From assembly GCA_047947115.1 (NCBI GenBank), contig CP170459.1:544001-608000 (forward strand): DNA of 64,000 nt, given 5' to 3'. This DNA is from Verrucomicrobiota bacterium (GTDB lineage: Bacteria > Verrucomicrobiota > Verrucomicrobiia > Limisphaerales > AAA164-E04). Positions 43,471-53,733 of the stretch are shown one piece after another; position 1 is the first letter of the stretch, and each line of letters starts with the position of its first letter. Below the pieces are notes generated by a model. The model did no database searches, was not told the DNA's origin, and was given only the letters and a program-made list of their open reading frames with translations. Position numbers and translations under genes: made by a program.

Positions 43471-44334
43471 ATGCGTTTTTTTGAAACCAAGAGCGAGGTA
43501 ATCGAAGAAACAGAGTCGGTTATGCAGGCCCTGTGGCGTCGTGCGTACCCGAACAGGACGCCCGAATTGCCGATGAGAGCACTTGAAACGGTGCGCAAAG
43601 CTTTCTATGGGAACCATCCCGACTACGAAGCCAATGATGCCCGTTATCATGATCTGGAACACACCTTGAGAGCCAGCCTTTGCTGCATGCAACTCGTGGA
43701 GAAGAATATTCACTGTCCTGCTTTCATATCACTCACTCCGGAGATGGCTGAATTGGCCTGGATTGCCATCCTGTTTCATGACACAGGCTACCTGAAGGAC
43801 CAAGGCGACAAAGAAGGTTCGGGAGCCAAACATTCATTTGTGCATGTATCTAGAAGCCAGATTTTTGCGGCAAAATGGATGTCTCACCAAGGCTTGAATG
43901 AAACATCCATTCAAAGAGTGAATTCGATGATCTTATGCACGGAGTACCACCCACAGCGACCGGCCATCCATTTTGATAGCGAAGAACACCGATTGGCCGG
44001 GTGCATGGCAGGGACGGCTGATTGGCTGGCTCAGATGGCAGCACCGGATTACCTACTCAAATTACCGTTCCTTCATCAGGAAATGCTGGAAGCTCGAAAC
44101 GCTACACCCGACACACCTCACCCCATGTTCATACCTGATACGGATGCGGAACTGCTGGAATCAACACCTCGATTCTTCGATCAATTGGTGAAACCCAAAC
44201 TGGAACAGGAATTCGAGGGTGTGTTTCATCTGTTGAGCGATCCCTTTCCCAATGGCCCAAACCCATATCTCGACCGGATACTAAAGCACCTTGAAAACAT
44301 TAAACAGGACAGCAGGTTGATGTCAAAAGGCTGA
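43471..44334 (+). CDS. HD-domain metal-dependent phosphohydrolase
   Basis: YHDLEHT, LFHDTGYLK, G.GA....HV.RS, TAD.LAQMA...Y..KLP.L..E. The track start is GTG 43438. Confidence 0.8.
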   Translation: MRFFETKSEVIEETESVMQALWRRAYPNRTPELPMRALETVRKAFYGNHPDYEANDARYHDLEHTLRASLCCMQLVEKNIHCPAFISLTPEMAELAWIAILFHDTGYLKDQGDKEGSGAKHSFVHVSRSQIFAAKWMSHQGLNETSIQRVNSMILCTEYHPQRPAIHFDSEEHRLAGCMAGTADWLAQMAAPDYLLKLPFLHQEMLEARNATPDTPHPMFIPDTDAELLESTPRFFDQLVKPKLEQEFEGVFHLLSDPFPNGPNPYLDRILKHLENIKQDSRLMSKG

Positions 44335-44365
44335 ACTCTTCCATCTACCCAAGACGACAGGCGGC

Positions 44366-45523
44366 TCAATGAATTTTGCTCAGACGACTTTCGGCCACTT
44401 CTCGCACATAAGCAAATTCAGAATGTCGGGCCGCGTCCAGGACGCTCTTTGAACCACCCAGCTTCAAGGGAATTCGATCAATGATGAGTCCCGCCATTTC
44501 ACGAATTTCTTTGTGATCATCGGTCAATAAATCCACCAGGTCGGCAAGGGCAGGCTCGGCGTAAGGAACCTTTGAATTGAGCAGTCGCAAAACAGCCAAT
44601 CGTACCCCTGGATCCGGATCCTTCAGCAGCGGGAACAGCAAGGCCGTGGTTTTCGCATCCACAAACCCCGCAGCCATGAGTGCATTGGCGGCTTCCTTCC
44701 TGACCTCCGAATCGGGATTTCGGAGGGCTGAGATAAACACATTCTGATGCGCATGCAACTGGCGCCCCAACGGAACCAGTGCACGCAAGATACGAGACTT
44801 ACCCTGTGCATCCGCCCCCCCCATGGCTTCAATCAGCGCGGCGACAGCCGGTTCGCCGATGCGACCAAACAACTCAAACAACACACCGTCCACGTTGAAT
44901 GATTTGCTCAACAACAATTGGATCAACGTTTCCAAAGCGGGTCGAGCTTCCGGCCCCAATAAATACATCCCATAAACCCCCGCATTACGAACACCCGGAT
45001 TCGGATCCCCTAGACTTTCCTCCAACAGCCCCAGCGAAACCGGCCCCATGTGCGCCAACCCCTTCGCGGCTTCCATTCGCAATCCCCTGTCTTCATCAAA
45101 CAGAGCCGACCTGAATGCATCCAGCTTTTCTCCCTCTCCCACATCCAGCACACTCAAAGCCAGAGCAGCCATGGACCGGGCATGGTATTTTTTCAACGGT
45201 GACTTGATCCCAAGCTTTCGCCCGATGACGGTGGAACCGTACTTGGATTGAAACTGATCCGTCCAATGCTCGATAGAGGAAGGTCCATTGGCCACCAGAT
45301 CGAGGCAATAGGGGCCAAACAAAGCCTGATGATCCACAACCAACTTCAAAGTTTCCGATCTGACATCCTTGTCACTTAGTTGCAATTTCAACAAATGCTC
45401 GGACAAGGGCAGATGGTTCAGTTCAGGTTCCCTGGATATCCCCCAGACAAACAAGAGCCCCCCAACCAACAGAACAACGGGAAGCAACACCAAAAGCCAT
45501 AACCAAGTTCTAAATCGGTGCAT
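44366..45523 (-). CDS. Membrane-anchored HEAT-repeat protein
   Basis: N-terminal TM segment; repeated L.D.D..VR..AA..L units. Confidence 0.82.
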   Translation of the reverse strand: MHRFRTWLWLLVLLPVVLLVGGLLFVWGISREPELNHLPLSEHLLKLQLSDKDVRSETLKLVVDHQALFGPYCLDLVANGPSSIEHWTDQFQSKYGSTVIGRKLGIKSPLKKYHARSMAALALSVLDVGEGEKLDAFRSALFDEDRGLRMEAAKGLAHMGPVSLGLLEESLGDPNPGVRNAGVYGMYLLGPEARPALETLIQLLLSKSFNVDGVLFELFGRIGEPAVAALIEAMGGADAQGKSRILRALVPLGRQLHAHQNVFISALRNPDSEVRKEAANALMAAGFVDAKTTALLFPLLKDPDPGVRLAVLRLLNSKVPYAEPALADLVDLLTDDHKEIREMAGLIIDRIPLKLGGSKSVLDAARHSEFAYVREVAESRLSKIH

Positions 45524-45544
45524 AGGGTTTGAACTGACGAGGAA

Positions 45545-46264
45545 TTACTTGATGCCTTCCAATCTTTCACTCCAGATACGATAAAGTTGATTGGTGGCGT
45601 AAACATCCCGAAGGCAGTACTCGGCAATTTCACGGTATCGCCCTTCTTCCACCAGTTGTCCCACATCCATACCGGAGACGCCAGCGCTTTTGGGCGATTC
45701 AATGCCGAACACTTTGCAATAGAAATCCAAATTAAACCGACGAGCCGCTCCATCCCGACCACTGACGTTGTAAAAGGTCAGCTGTTCTGCCAAATCACAA
45801 TGCGGCGTGGTCTGAAAACGGTAACCCAGCCAGTCCTTGCGTGAAATCGGAACATTCAGAATCGCCGACCTCAGGTAGACAAAAGGCACATCAAAGCTTC
45901 TACCGTTGAAACTGACGATGCGGTTGAATTTTGGAACTACTTTCCAGAATTCGACCAATAATTCATGCTCGTCCGGGAAAGGCAGAAACTGCACTCCCTC
46001 ATTGGCCGCTTCATCCACATCAAAATCATCCGCCAAATAAAGCACCTGCCCTTTTTCGGTCTCCGAGTTGATCATGGCGATGCACACGCACTGGGACGTC
46101 AATGGCCACAGGCTCATCATACGGGTCAAGTATTCGCGTTTTTCCTCGCGAGCTTGTTCGTCATCTATTTTCTGGAGGTCGCGAAACAAGTATTCCTGTT
46201 GCGTTTCATCGAAGGATTCAACCGGCAGCGCGGATGTTTCAATGTCAAATACCAAGGTCGCCAT
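45545..46264 (-). CDS. PolB-related stand-alone 3'-5' exonuclease (DEDDy)
   Basis: VFDIET (Exo I), FNGRSFDVP (Exo II), HCDL, YCLRDV (Exo III). Confidence 0.88.
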   Translation of the reverse strand: MATLVFDIETSALPVESFDETQQEYLFRDLQKIDDEQAREEKREYLTRMMSLWPLTSQCVCIAMINSETEKGQVLYLADDFDVDEAANEGVQFLPFPDEHELLVEFWKVVPKFNRIVSFNGRSFDVPFVYLRSAILNVPISRKDWLGYRFQTTPHCDLAEQLTFYNVSGRDGAARRFNLDFYCKVFGIESPKSAGVSGMDVGQLVEEGRYREIAEYCLRDVYATNQLYRIWSERLEGIK

Positions 46265-46334
46265 ATCACATTACTATTTATCGTTCCGTTTTGTTGCACA
46301 TCAGTATGTCAACATGAGGAACCAATCCAACCAG

Positions 46335-46369
46335 AAAAACGCCCGAATCCAAAGGCTTGGATTCGGGCG
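46335..46369 (-). terminator. Intrinsic terminator after ilvB
   Basis: CGCCCGAATCC-loop-GGATTCGGGCG 11-bp stem with T5 tail on the minus strand. Confidence 0.8.
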
Positions 46370-46394
46370 CTGTTTTTAAAATGATTTGTGTGCA

Positions 46395-48281
46395 TCAGGA
46401 GATGATCATATCCGCCACGGTGTGTGCCGCCGGAATGAAGGGCAACACATGTTCGGTATAAGGGACAATCACATCCAAAACATAAGGTTGATCGGAATCG
46501 AGCATGCGCTGTATGGCTGCCTTTAAATCCTTACGAAACATCACCCGCTCACATGGCACATTGAATCCCTTCGCCATGGCCACGTAATCTGGATAGATGG
46601 CCTCCATATTGTCAGGATCACCCAGATAGGTGTTACCTCGGTTTCCTTTGTAAAACCGGTCTTCCCACTGAACTACCATTCCCAAGTGCTGATTGTTCAA
46701 CACGATGGCTTTGGCTGCGATCTTTTCAATGTGAGCAGTGGCAAGTTCCTGAATGTTCATCAAGAATGACCCGTCACCGTCAATGTCCACCACCTGGCGA
46801 TCAGGACAAGCGACCTTGGCTCCGAGAGCGGCCGGGTAACCAAATCCCATCGCTCCCAACCCGGCGCTGGTCAGCAATCGCCGTGGTTCCGGCGATTTAT
46901 AATACTGCCCGGCCCACATTTGGTGCTGCCCCACACCCGTCGTCACAATGGCTTCCCCCTGGGTGAGCTCATAAAGCATGTCAATGGCCATTTGAGGAAG
47001 AATGACTTGATCCTCCATCCCCTGCAGGTGGTCGCGCATGTGTTGCGACCGCATGACTTCTTCATTAACACTGTAACGAAACGCTCCACGTTCCTTCCAG
47101 TCGACAATACGACGGTGCCATGCATCGAATTTCGCCTGTATGGGACGCTTTTTAAACATCTCCACCAGGCGTCCCAATGCATATTTCACATCACTCACCA
47201 CGGGTAACTGCACCTTGCGGTTTTTGTTGTGCTCGGATTCATCGATGTCGACGTGGACAATGGTCCCTTTTTCACAGAACTTGTCCACTTTTCCGGTCAC
47301 TCGATCATCGAATCTAACGCCGAAAGCCAACAACAAATCAGCTCCGGGATGAATTTCGGTGACGCGCACCTGTCCTTCGGAATCAATCTCCTTCTTGAAT
47401 TCACCACTGACGGCCCAATTGGCAAACGCCGCGCCATGCATCCCGAGCCACCTCAATGAAAGCGGGTCGGTCTCAGAGAGCGCCCCGCAACCCATGATGG
47501 TGGAGGTGACTGGAATACCGGTCAACCGAACCAGTTCACGCAATTCTTCATGGGCATTTCCACTGATGATCCCACCACCCACATAAAGCACCGGGCGTTC
47601 GGATTTTTCGATCAATCCGACAATCTCATTCAAAGCCAGATCACTGGCATGCTTGACAGGATTGTAACCGCGGATATGGACCGATTTGGGAAAAACAGGT
47701 TGAGCCTTGGCCTGCTGAATGTTTTTGGGCAGGTCGATAATGACAGGTCCGGGACGTCCGGTGGTCGCTATGTGAAAAGCTTCCTTAACCACACGCGGGA
47801 TATCAGCGATGTCGGTGATCAAAAAACTATGCTTCACAATCGGCAAGGTCATGCCGAAAAAATCTGTTTCCTGAAAGGCGCCCTTGCCGATCATGGCCTG
47901 AGGCACCTGACCGGTGATGGCAACCATCGGGATAGAATCCATGAAAGCGTCGGCAATACCGGTAACCAGATTGGTTGCACCGGGACCACTGGTCGCCATG
48001 CAAACCCCGGGCCTGCCGGATGCGCGCGCATATCCTTCCGCGGCAAAGGCTCCTCCCTGCTCGTGGCGCGGCAGGATCACCCTGATTTTATCCGATCGGG
48101 TCAAGGCCTGGTGGAGTTCCATACTGGCTCCCCCTGGATAGGCAAAAATGGTATCAACATTCTCACGCTCCAAGGCGGCCACCAGAATATCACTGCCACT
48201 CATGGTAGGGCCTATTTCGGATTTGTCATTCGAACTGGAACGGTTGTCCGTTCGCGGATCTTTCACTTTCGTTTCACTCAT
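46395..48281 (-). CDS. ilvB: Acetolactate synthase large subunit
   Basis: [50 protein letters not shown] (ThDP motif), GMV.QWE. Confidence 0.96.
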   Translation of the reverse strand: MSETKVKDPRTDNRSSSNDKSEIGPTMSGSDILVAALERENVDTIFAYPGGASMELHQALTRSDKIRVILPRHEQGGAFAAEGYARASGRPGVCMATSGPGATNLVTGIADAFMDSIPMVAITGQVPQAMIGKGAFQETDFFGMTLPIVKHSFLITDIADIPRVVKEAFHIATTGRPGPVIIDLPKNIQQAKAQPVFPKSVHIRGYNPVKHASDLALNEIVGLIEKSERPVLYVGGGIISGNAHEELRELVRLTGIPVTSTIMGCGALSETDPLSLRWLGMHGAAFANWAVSGEFKKEIDSEGQVRVTEIHPGADLLLAFGVRFDDRVTGKVDKFCEKGTIVHVDIDESEHNKNRKVQLPVVSDVKYALGRLVEMFKKRPIQAKFDAWHRRIVDWKERGAFRYSVNEEVMRSQHMRDHLQGMEDQVILPQMAIDMLYELTQGEAIVTTGVGQHQMWAGQYYKSPEPRRLLTSAGLGAMGFGYPAALGAKVACPDRQVVDIDGDGSFLMNIQELATAHIEKIAAKAIVLNNQHLGMVVQWEDRFYKGNRGNTYLGDPDNMEAIYPDYVAMAKGFNVPCERVMFRKDLKAAIQRMLDSDQPYVLDVIVPYTEHVLPFIPAAHTVADMIIS

Positions 48282-48321
48282 TGCACTACAGTCATTCTAA
48301 AGGGCCGGCCGGGACGGGTCA

Positions 48322-48461
48322 CAACAAAAAACCCACGACCGTTGCCAGCCGTGGGTTCTTGTCAAAAAGTTTGTCCTAACTTCGACAAGCCCAGGCGTCT
48401 CCCCATCCTACTACTACGCTTAGCAGCGGATAAACGAACACATTAACCATGACTTGTCGAA
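48322..48461 (-). promoter_or_regulatory. Transcription attenuator of ilvB (protector/antiterminator/terminator)
   Basis: Terminator AACCCACG...CGTGGGTT plus TTTTGTT (48322-48357). Mutually exclusive pairings 48453-48461:48381-48389 and 48378-48393:48352-48370. Confidence 0.85.
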
Positions 48462-48471
48462 CGAAATTCAT
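48376..48471 (-). CDS. ilv leader peptide (31 aa, Val/Leu-rich; below the ORF-track cutoff)
   Basis: MNFVRQVMVNVFVYPLLSVVVGWGDAWACRS*: 8 Val and 2 Leu, including CTG CTA AGC GTA GTA GTA. Confidence 0.82.
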   Translation of the reverse strand: MNFVRQVMVNVFVYPLLSVVVGWGDAWACRS

Positions 48472-48484
48472 ACCAGACGTGAAT

Positions 48485-48513
48485 AAGTTAAGGATACTGA
48501 AAGGTCAGGTCAA
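48485..48513 (-). promoter_or_regulatory. Sigma-70 promoter for the ilv leader/ilvB
   Basis: Minus strand TTGACC-17 nt-TAACTT, 13 nt before the leader ATG. Confidence 0.6.
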
Positions 48514-48546
48514 ATCCGAAATCGTAAAAATGCCACCGCCCATCAC

Positions 48547-49566
48547 CTAGCGAGAAGCTCGCGGATATAACATGATCACACCATCCTCCACTTCAACCCG
48601 GTCCAAAGACTTCACCAGATCTCGGAGACGTGAGTGCACATCAAACAGTTCATTGATCGCGAACAATTGAACCGGTTCGGCAAACATGTTCATTATCCCG
48701 TCGCCCTGAAAGGCCATCGATTCAAATACATCGCCGGTGGATGCCTTGGACAAGTTGAAGGTCGCCAAAATGGGCCGCATATCACCAGCAGTCCGTAATC
48801 CTTTTTCAACCAACAACTTCAACGGAACATTAACGAGCTTCTTCATGCCTGATTTGGCAAGTTCTCCCACCCCCATGTTGTGCACGTAGTGCAGCCACCG
48901 ATACATGCTGCGGTTGTTGATATTGAGTGATTCAATAGCCACTTTCAACTCGCCCGCATACAGACCAACGCGAAAAGTCCCCATTCCTTTCAATCGCCCT
49001 TCAGTCCCTCCAAAAAGGGACAATCCACCGAACTTGATATCAAATGCTGTCTGGATTCGACCATCTTTGATACGGGCGGTTATGGTGTCATGAAGCAGCC
49101 CCAGACGGGTGTCATGCTTTAAAATCGCATTCAGCTCACTTTCAGTAATCATCAAAGGCTGGGATGTTGCAGTGAGATCGGTCGAAGAAAAGGATTGGTG
49201 AAGCTTACCCTTGACCACTTTGAATTCATCATTTGCCAAACCGCGTTCCTCAGCAACCTTTAGAACGGAAAGCTGTTTTGTCACCCCACCTTGGTATATA
49301 TCCTTCGACGGGGTTGAAAAATGGGGCCACCTCACCATCATCGCGCCAAAAATGCCACAGACCACCAACACAGATAGGGCGCCCCCGCCAAACACGGACA
49401 GGAAAATCCATGGATTGAAGAACTTGGGCACTGGCCTCCGGATTTGCACATCCTGTTGGGCTGATCGTGGCAAGGACTCAAGTGAACCATAGACTGTGCC
49501 CCCTTGATCCTTCCAAGGATTCCAGGGCAACGTTTCCTTTAACTGTCTGCGGGCCTTTATCATCAT
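48547..49566 (-). CDS. Hypothetical membrane-anchored protein
   Basis: 339-aa ORF with one TM segment (WIFLSVFGGGALSVLVVCGIFG) and a TESELN motif. Confidence 0.6.
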   Translation of the reverse strand: MMIKARRQLKETLPWNPWKDQGGTVYGSLESLPRSAQQDVQIRRPVPKFFNPWIFLSVFGGGALSVLVVCGIFGAMMVRWPHFSTPSKDIYQGGVTKQLSVLKVAEERGLANDEFKVVKGKLHQSFSSTDLTATSQPLMITESELNAILKHDTRLGLLHDTITARIKDGRIQTAFDIKFGGLSLFGGTEGRLKGMGTFRVGLYAGELKVAIESLNINNRSMYRWLHYVHNMGVGELAKSGMKKLVNVPLKLLVEKGLRTAGDMRPILATFNLSKASTGDVFESMAFQGDGIMNMFAEPVQLFAINELFDVHSRLRDLVKSLDRVEVEDGVIMLYPRASR

Positions 49567-49840
49567 AACTACGAAACCATGATAAGCACCTGGAATGCCA
49601 ACTCCGAAAAGAGGCCAAAAGACCTGTTAAAAACAGCAAAAACATGCTCTCGTTTCGCAAAAATGCAATACACCCGCCTTGGATCGCCGGCTCAATAAAG
49701 GATAGAGGATAACTTAAATAGCTTGTTAACAAACACTTGAAAAAGCAACCTGAAAAAGCATCACCAGAAGCCTGGATTCTTAACAATGCAATGCCACACA
49801 AACATTGCATGCAACGCGCATGCAACACGCAAAACCTATA

Positions 49841-51319
49841 TCACCTTGCAGAAACATCAGAACCCTTCTGCGAAGCCTCAACTGAACTGGTGAATTCCCC
49901 GTCAGACAAACGAGTCACTATCACACTCCCTGACTTCACATCCCTGACTGAACAAACCAGCTCGTCGGAGTCTGCCAATTGGGTAATGGAATATCCACGA
50001 CCAAGCACCTGCATGGGCCCCAGTAGCTGCAATTGGGACTTTGCCTGTTGCAATCGGGTTCTTTTTTTCTCCATTGACGCTTTAAGAATGGATACAAACT
50101 GCTCACCGGACCGGTCAAACCTGAGCCGCTCCTCACTGATTCTCCGCTCCGGGTGCACTGCCCCCAACCTATCCCGAATCCTTTCAAAACGATCCCCCAA
50201 CCTCTCAAGAAGAAGCCGGGTCATGCGCGCCACCGACTCACCCGCATCATCCACTCGTTGGGCATGGCGTTCGATAACTCGCTGCGGATGCAGATAATCA
50301 AGACGCTTCTGATGCTGCGACAAGTGAAAGTGCGCCCGCTCAAGGAAATCCTGAAGTTCGGATTTCATACGATGAGTGGCCGTTTCCAAAAAGGTTCGAG
50401 CGGTCATGATTGATTCAGTGACCCACTCCGCTGCGGCGCTCGGCGTCGCAGCCCGATGATCGGCAACAAAATCACTGATGGTAAAATCAATCTCATGTCC
50501 GACAGCCGAAACCACCGGCAACTCGGATCCGGCAATAGCCCTGGCGACCACTTCCTCGTTGAACGCCCAGAGATCCTCCAGACTTCCACCACCCCGGGTC
50601 ACCAAAATCAAATCCAATCCTTGTCCCCGGGGTTTCGATGCATGAAACTGATTCAGCGAACGTATGGATGCGGCAATTTCCTCCGCAGCCCCCTGTCCTT
50701 GCACCCGACACCCGGCCACCACCACCTGGAGCCCGGGATGCCGCCGTTCCAGAACATGAGCCACATCGCGCAAGGCCGCGCCCGTGGGAGAGGTGACAAC
50801 ACCAATACGACTGGGTCGCTCGGGCAAAGGTCGCTTTCGGTCTTCTTCAAACAACCCTTCGGCCTTCAGTTTCTGCTTCAGCCTTTCAAAAGCCAGCTGT
50901 AGCGCCCCAACTCCGTCCATTTCAATGCCTCGCACGATCAACTGATACTGACCACGGGGCATGTAAACGGATACATCTCCCCGCAAGATCAATTTCACCC
51001 CATGTTCCAGCTGTTCCCTGTGGGAAACATGTTCACCTCGAAACAAAACACAGGACAGTTGCGCGTCCCCATCTTTCAATGTGAAGTAGCAATGCCCCGA
51101 TGCCTGCGCACGGAAATTGCTCACTTCACCGCTCACTTTGACCAATTTGAACTCGCCTTCCAGCAAGGTCCGAATCTGGCGCGTCAATGCCCCGACAGAC
51201 CACACGGGAGGCACACTCACCTTGGGCGCTTCCTCCTCTGGTGTCGTTCCCGGTTCGGGTTCCGGATTCGCACTGAAAAGATCTTCAAATTCCCATTGAT
51301 TGGATTGCTTGCGTGGCAT
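49841..51319 (-). CDS. xseA: Exodeoxyribonuclease VII large subunit
   Basis: GEVSNF..SGH.YFTLKD, GQYQL, TSPTGAALRD, RGGGSLEDLWAFNEE, SAVGHE.D, AATPSAAAE, L.RGYS. Confidence 0.96.
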   Translation of the reverse strand: MPRKQSNQWEFEDLFSANPEPEPGTTPEEEAPKVSVPPVWSVGALTRQIRTLLEGEFKLVKVSGEVSNFRAQASGHCYFTLKDGDAQLSCVLFRGEHVSHREQLEHGVKLILRGDVSVYMPRGQYQLIVRGIEMDGVGALQLAFERLKQKLKAEGLFEEDRKRPLPERPSRIGVVTSPTGAALRDVAHVLERRHPGLQVVVAGCRVQGQGAAEEIAASIRSLNQFHASKPRGQGLDLILVTRGGGSLEDLWAFNEEVVARAIAGSELPVVSAVGHEIDFTISDFVADHRAATPSAAAEWVTESIMTARTFLETATHRMKSELQDFLERAHFHLSQHQKRLDYLHPQRVIERHAQRVDDAGESVARMTRLLLERLGDRFERIRDRLGAVHPERRISEERLRFDRSGEQFVSILKASMEKKRTRLQQAKSQLQLLGPMQVLGRGYSITQLADSDELVCSVRDVKSGSVIVTRLSDGEFTSSVEASQKGSDVSAR

Positions 51320-51321
51320 GT

Positions 51322-53610
51322 TTAACGGTTGAGTAAATTGGCGAAAACATCAAGTTCTGTGGTGGGTTGCTGACAGACAAAGTGCTCGCATACAAAGGCG
51401 GTCGTTCTACCGCCAATGGGGTTTACCGATTCCATGAATGACTGATGCCTCCCCAAAAACGCCTGCCCTTTTCCACCGTCAGCCAACAATACAATTTTGC
51501 ACGGAATGAACTGTTGGTTCACCAACTGATGCATGGGCTTCAGACCCGGGTCGTCTGCACCGGCGGCAAACACAATTTGTTTAAAAGGATGCAAATGTGC
51601 GTCCAAAGCGACCATCATCTGCGGCATGGCAGAGGGTTGCTTTCTCATTTTTTCAGCAAACAACTTGAACCCATAATCCACCTTCTGAACCAAATCGGCT
51701 TTACCAAGCACTTGATGTAGACGGACCAAATTCATCAAGGCTATTGAATTGGCGGAGGGCTCGGCCCCGTCATAGTCGTCTTTCATGCGCAAAAGAATGT
51801 CATTCGATATACCTCCCGTGGCAAAATAGCCCCCCTGATCAGGATCCCAAAACAAACGATCCTGAATCGACTGCAAGGAAGCAGCCCACTCAATCCATTG
51901 AATATCAAAAGTCGTTTCGTAAAGGTCCAATAGCCCACGGATCAGAAATGCATAATCGTCCAGAAACCCTTCAATCTCGGACCTCTCACCACGAAAAACA
52001 CGATACAACTTGCCCCCAGAGGAATCGAAGAGCCTATCCCGTATGAATGAGGCCGCCTTGACCGCAGCTTGCGTGTAGCGATCACCATCAGGTAAAACCT
52101 GTCCGGCCTTTGAAAAAGCGGAAAGCATAAGCCCGTTCCAAGCAACGATCACTTTGTCATCCAGATGCGGACGAGGGCGCTTGTCGCGAATACCTTTCAG
52201 AGTGGCACGGGCATCTTGCATGGCCTTGCGCACTTTTTCAGGGTCGACACCAAATTGCTCGGCAATCTCGGCGGAGGTTTTGCGCTGGATCAGGATATTT
52301 TTCCCTTTGAACTCACCGTGTGGATCACTGCCAAGAGGGGCGTTGCCACCGGGTTGCACCCCATACATGACATTTAACCATCCAGCATGCTCTTTACCCA
52401 GAGCTTGTTCGATTTCATGCGATGTCCAGACGTAGAATGCCCCTTCGGCGTGATCCTTTTTTCCGTGCTCCAACAAACTGTCCGCATCCTCGGCGGAATA
52501 AAATCCCCCCTCACTCGAAGTCATATCCCGCAACACATAATCCAGAACATCACGCGCCACATCCGCATACCTTTTATCTCGCGTGATCTGATAAGCCTCC
52601 AGATAACTCACCGCCAACTGGGCTTGATCATACAACATTTTTTCAAAATGGGGCACATGCCAATACTGGTCGACCGCATATCGATGAAACCCACCACCCA
52701 GATGATCGTGTATTCCTCCTTCAGCAATCGCATCAAGGCTTTCCAGAGTCATGGACAAGGCCCTCGTTCCCACGTCCGTTTCCCGCCCCTTTCGGGACAT
52801 GTATCGCAGAAGAAAATTGAAATTCACCGGTCGTGGAAACTTGGGAGCCCGACCAAAACCCTTGTTTTCCTCATCAAAACCCGATTCAATGCGCGTATAA
52901 GCCAGATCCAGCAAGGAACTTGTCAGGGCCTCTGACCCACCGGGTTTTGCTGTGTAAATCTCCCTCAATCGTTTGACCACCTCATTCCCGCTGTCGATCA
53001 AACGCTGTGGATCGTCATTCCAGGCAGAAGCTATTTGTTTGCACACATCCGGAAAACCGGGCAATCCGCTCCGTTGCTCGGGAGGAAAATAGGTCCCCCC
53101 CACCACCGGCTTGAGATCGGGAGTCAACCAAACGCTCATCGGCCATCCCCCGCCACTCGTCGTAGCCTGAACAAAAGCCATATATACTTTGTCCACATCG
53201 GGCCGCTCCTCACGATCCACCTTCACGCAAACAAAATACTCGTTCATCACCTTGGCAATGTCGGCGTTTTCAAAGGATTCATGCGCCATGACATGGCACC
53301 AGTGGCAGGTGGAATATCCAATGGACAGGAAGATCATCTTGTCCTCCTTCCTGGCTTTTTCAAACGCCTCCTCGCCCCATGGATACCAATCCACTGGATT
53401 GTGAACATGCTGCAACAAATATGGGGATGTTTCCCCGGAAAGATGATTTGTAGGATTCATATCTTCAGAAGGAGTGGCTGCCTCGACTCTGTCCTTTTTC
53501 ATGGCATGAACACCGAGAAAAATGGTCGAAGAAACCAATACAAACGTTCCCAGAAGAATCTGAAAGGAGATCAAAGGATTGCCGGATGGTTGGGACGAAT
53601 GCGATTTCAT
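51322..53610 (-). CDS. YyaL/DUF255 thioredoxin-domain protein (SPATA20-like)
   Basis: [60 protein letters not shown]. Confidence 0.93.
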   Translation of the reverse strand: MKSHSSQPSGNPLISFQILLGTFVLVSSTIFLGVHAMKKDRVEAATPSEDMNPTNHLSGETSPYLLQHVHNPVDWYPWGEEAFEKARKEDKMIFLSIGYSTCHWCHVMAHESFENADIAKVMNEYFVCVKVDREERPDVDKVYMAFVQATTSGGGWPMSVWLTPDLKPVVGGTYFPPEQRSGLPGFPDVCKQIASAWNDDPQRLIDSGNEVVKRLREIYTAKPGGSEALTSSLLDLAYTRIESGFDEENKGFGRAPKFPRPVNFNFLLRYMSRKGRETDVGTRALSMTLESLDAIAEGGIHDHLGGGFHRYAVDQYWHVPHFEKMLYDQAQLAVSYLEAYQITRDKRYADVARDVLDYVLRDMTSSEGGFYSAEDADSLLEHGKKDHAEGAFYVWTSHEIEQALGKEHAGWLNVMYGVQPGGNAPLGSDPHGEFKGKNILIQRKTSAEIAEQFGVDPEKVRKAMQDARATLKGIRDKRPRPHLDDKVIVAWNGLMLSAFSKAGQVLPDGDRYTQAAVKAASFIRDRLFDSSGGKLYRVFRGERSEIEGFLDDYAFLIRGLLDLYETTFDIQWIEWAASLQSIQDRLFWDPDQGGYFATGGISNDILLRMKDDYDGAEPSANSIALMNLVRLHQVLGKADLVQKVDYGFKLFAEKMRKQPSAMPQMMVALDAHLHPFKQIVFAAGADDPGLKPMHQLVNQQFIPCKIVLLADGGKGQAFLGRHQSFMESVNPIGGRTTAFVCEHFVCQQPTTELDVFANLLNR

Positions 53611-53733
53611 AGGTACGCAAGGTTGATGCGTAAGCAGACATTCCGGTCATTTCAATCGATGACTGACACGAATCATCTGCTTCGATGCTTGTTACGAAAG
53701 CCCGGACGGGCACATCGGCCCGTCTTCAAAAAA

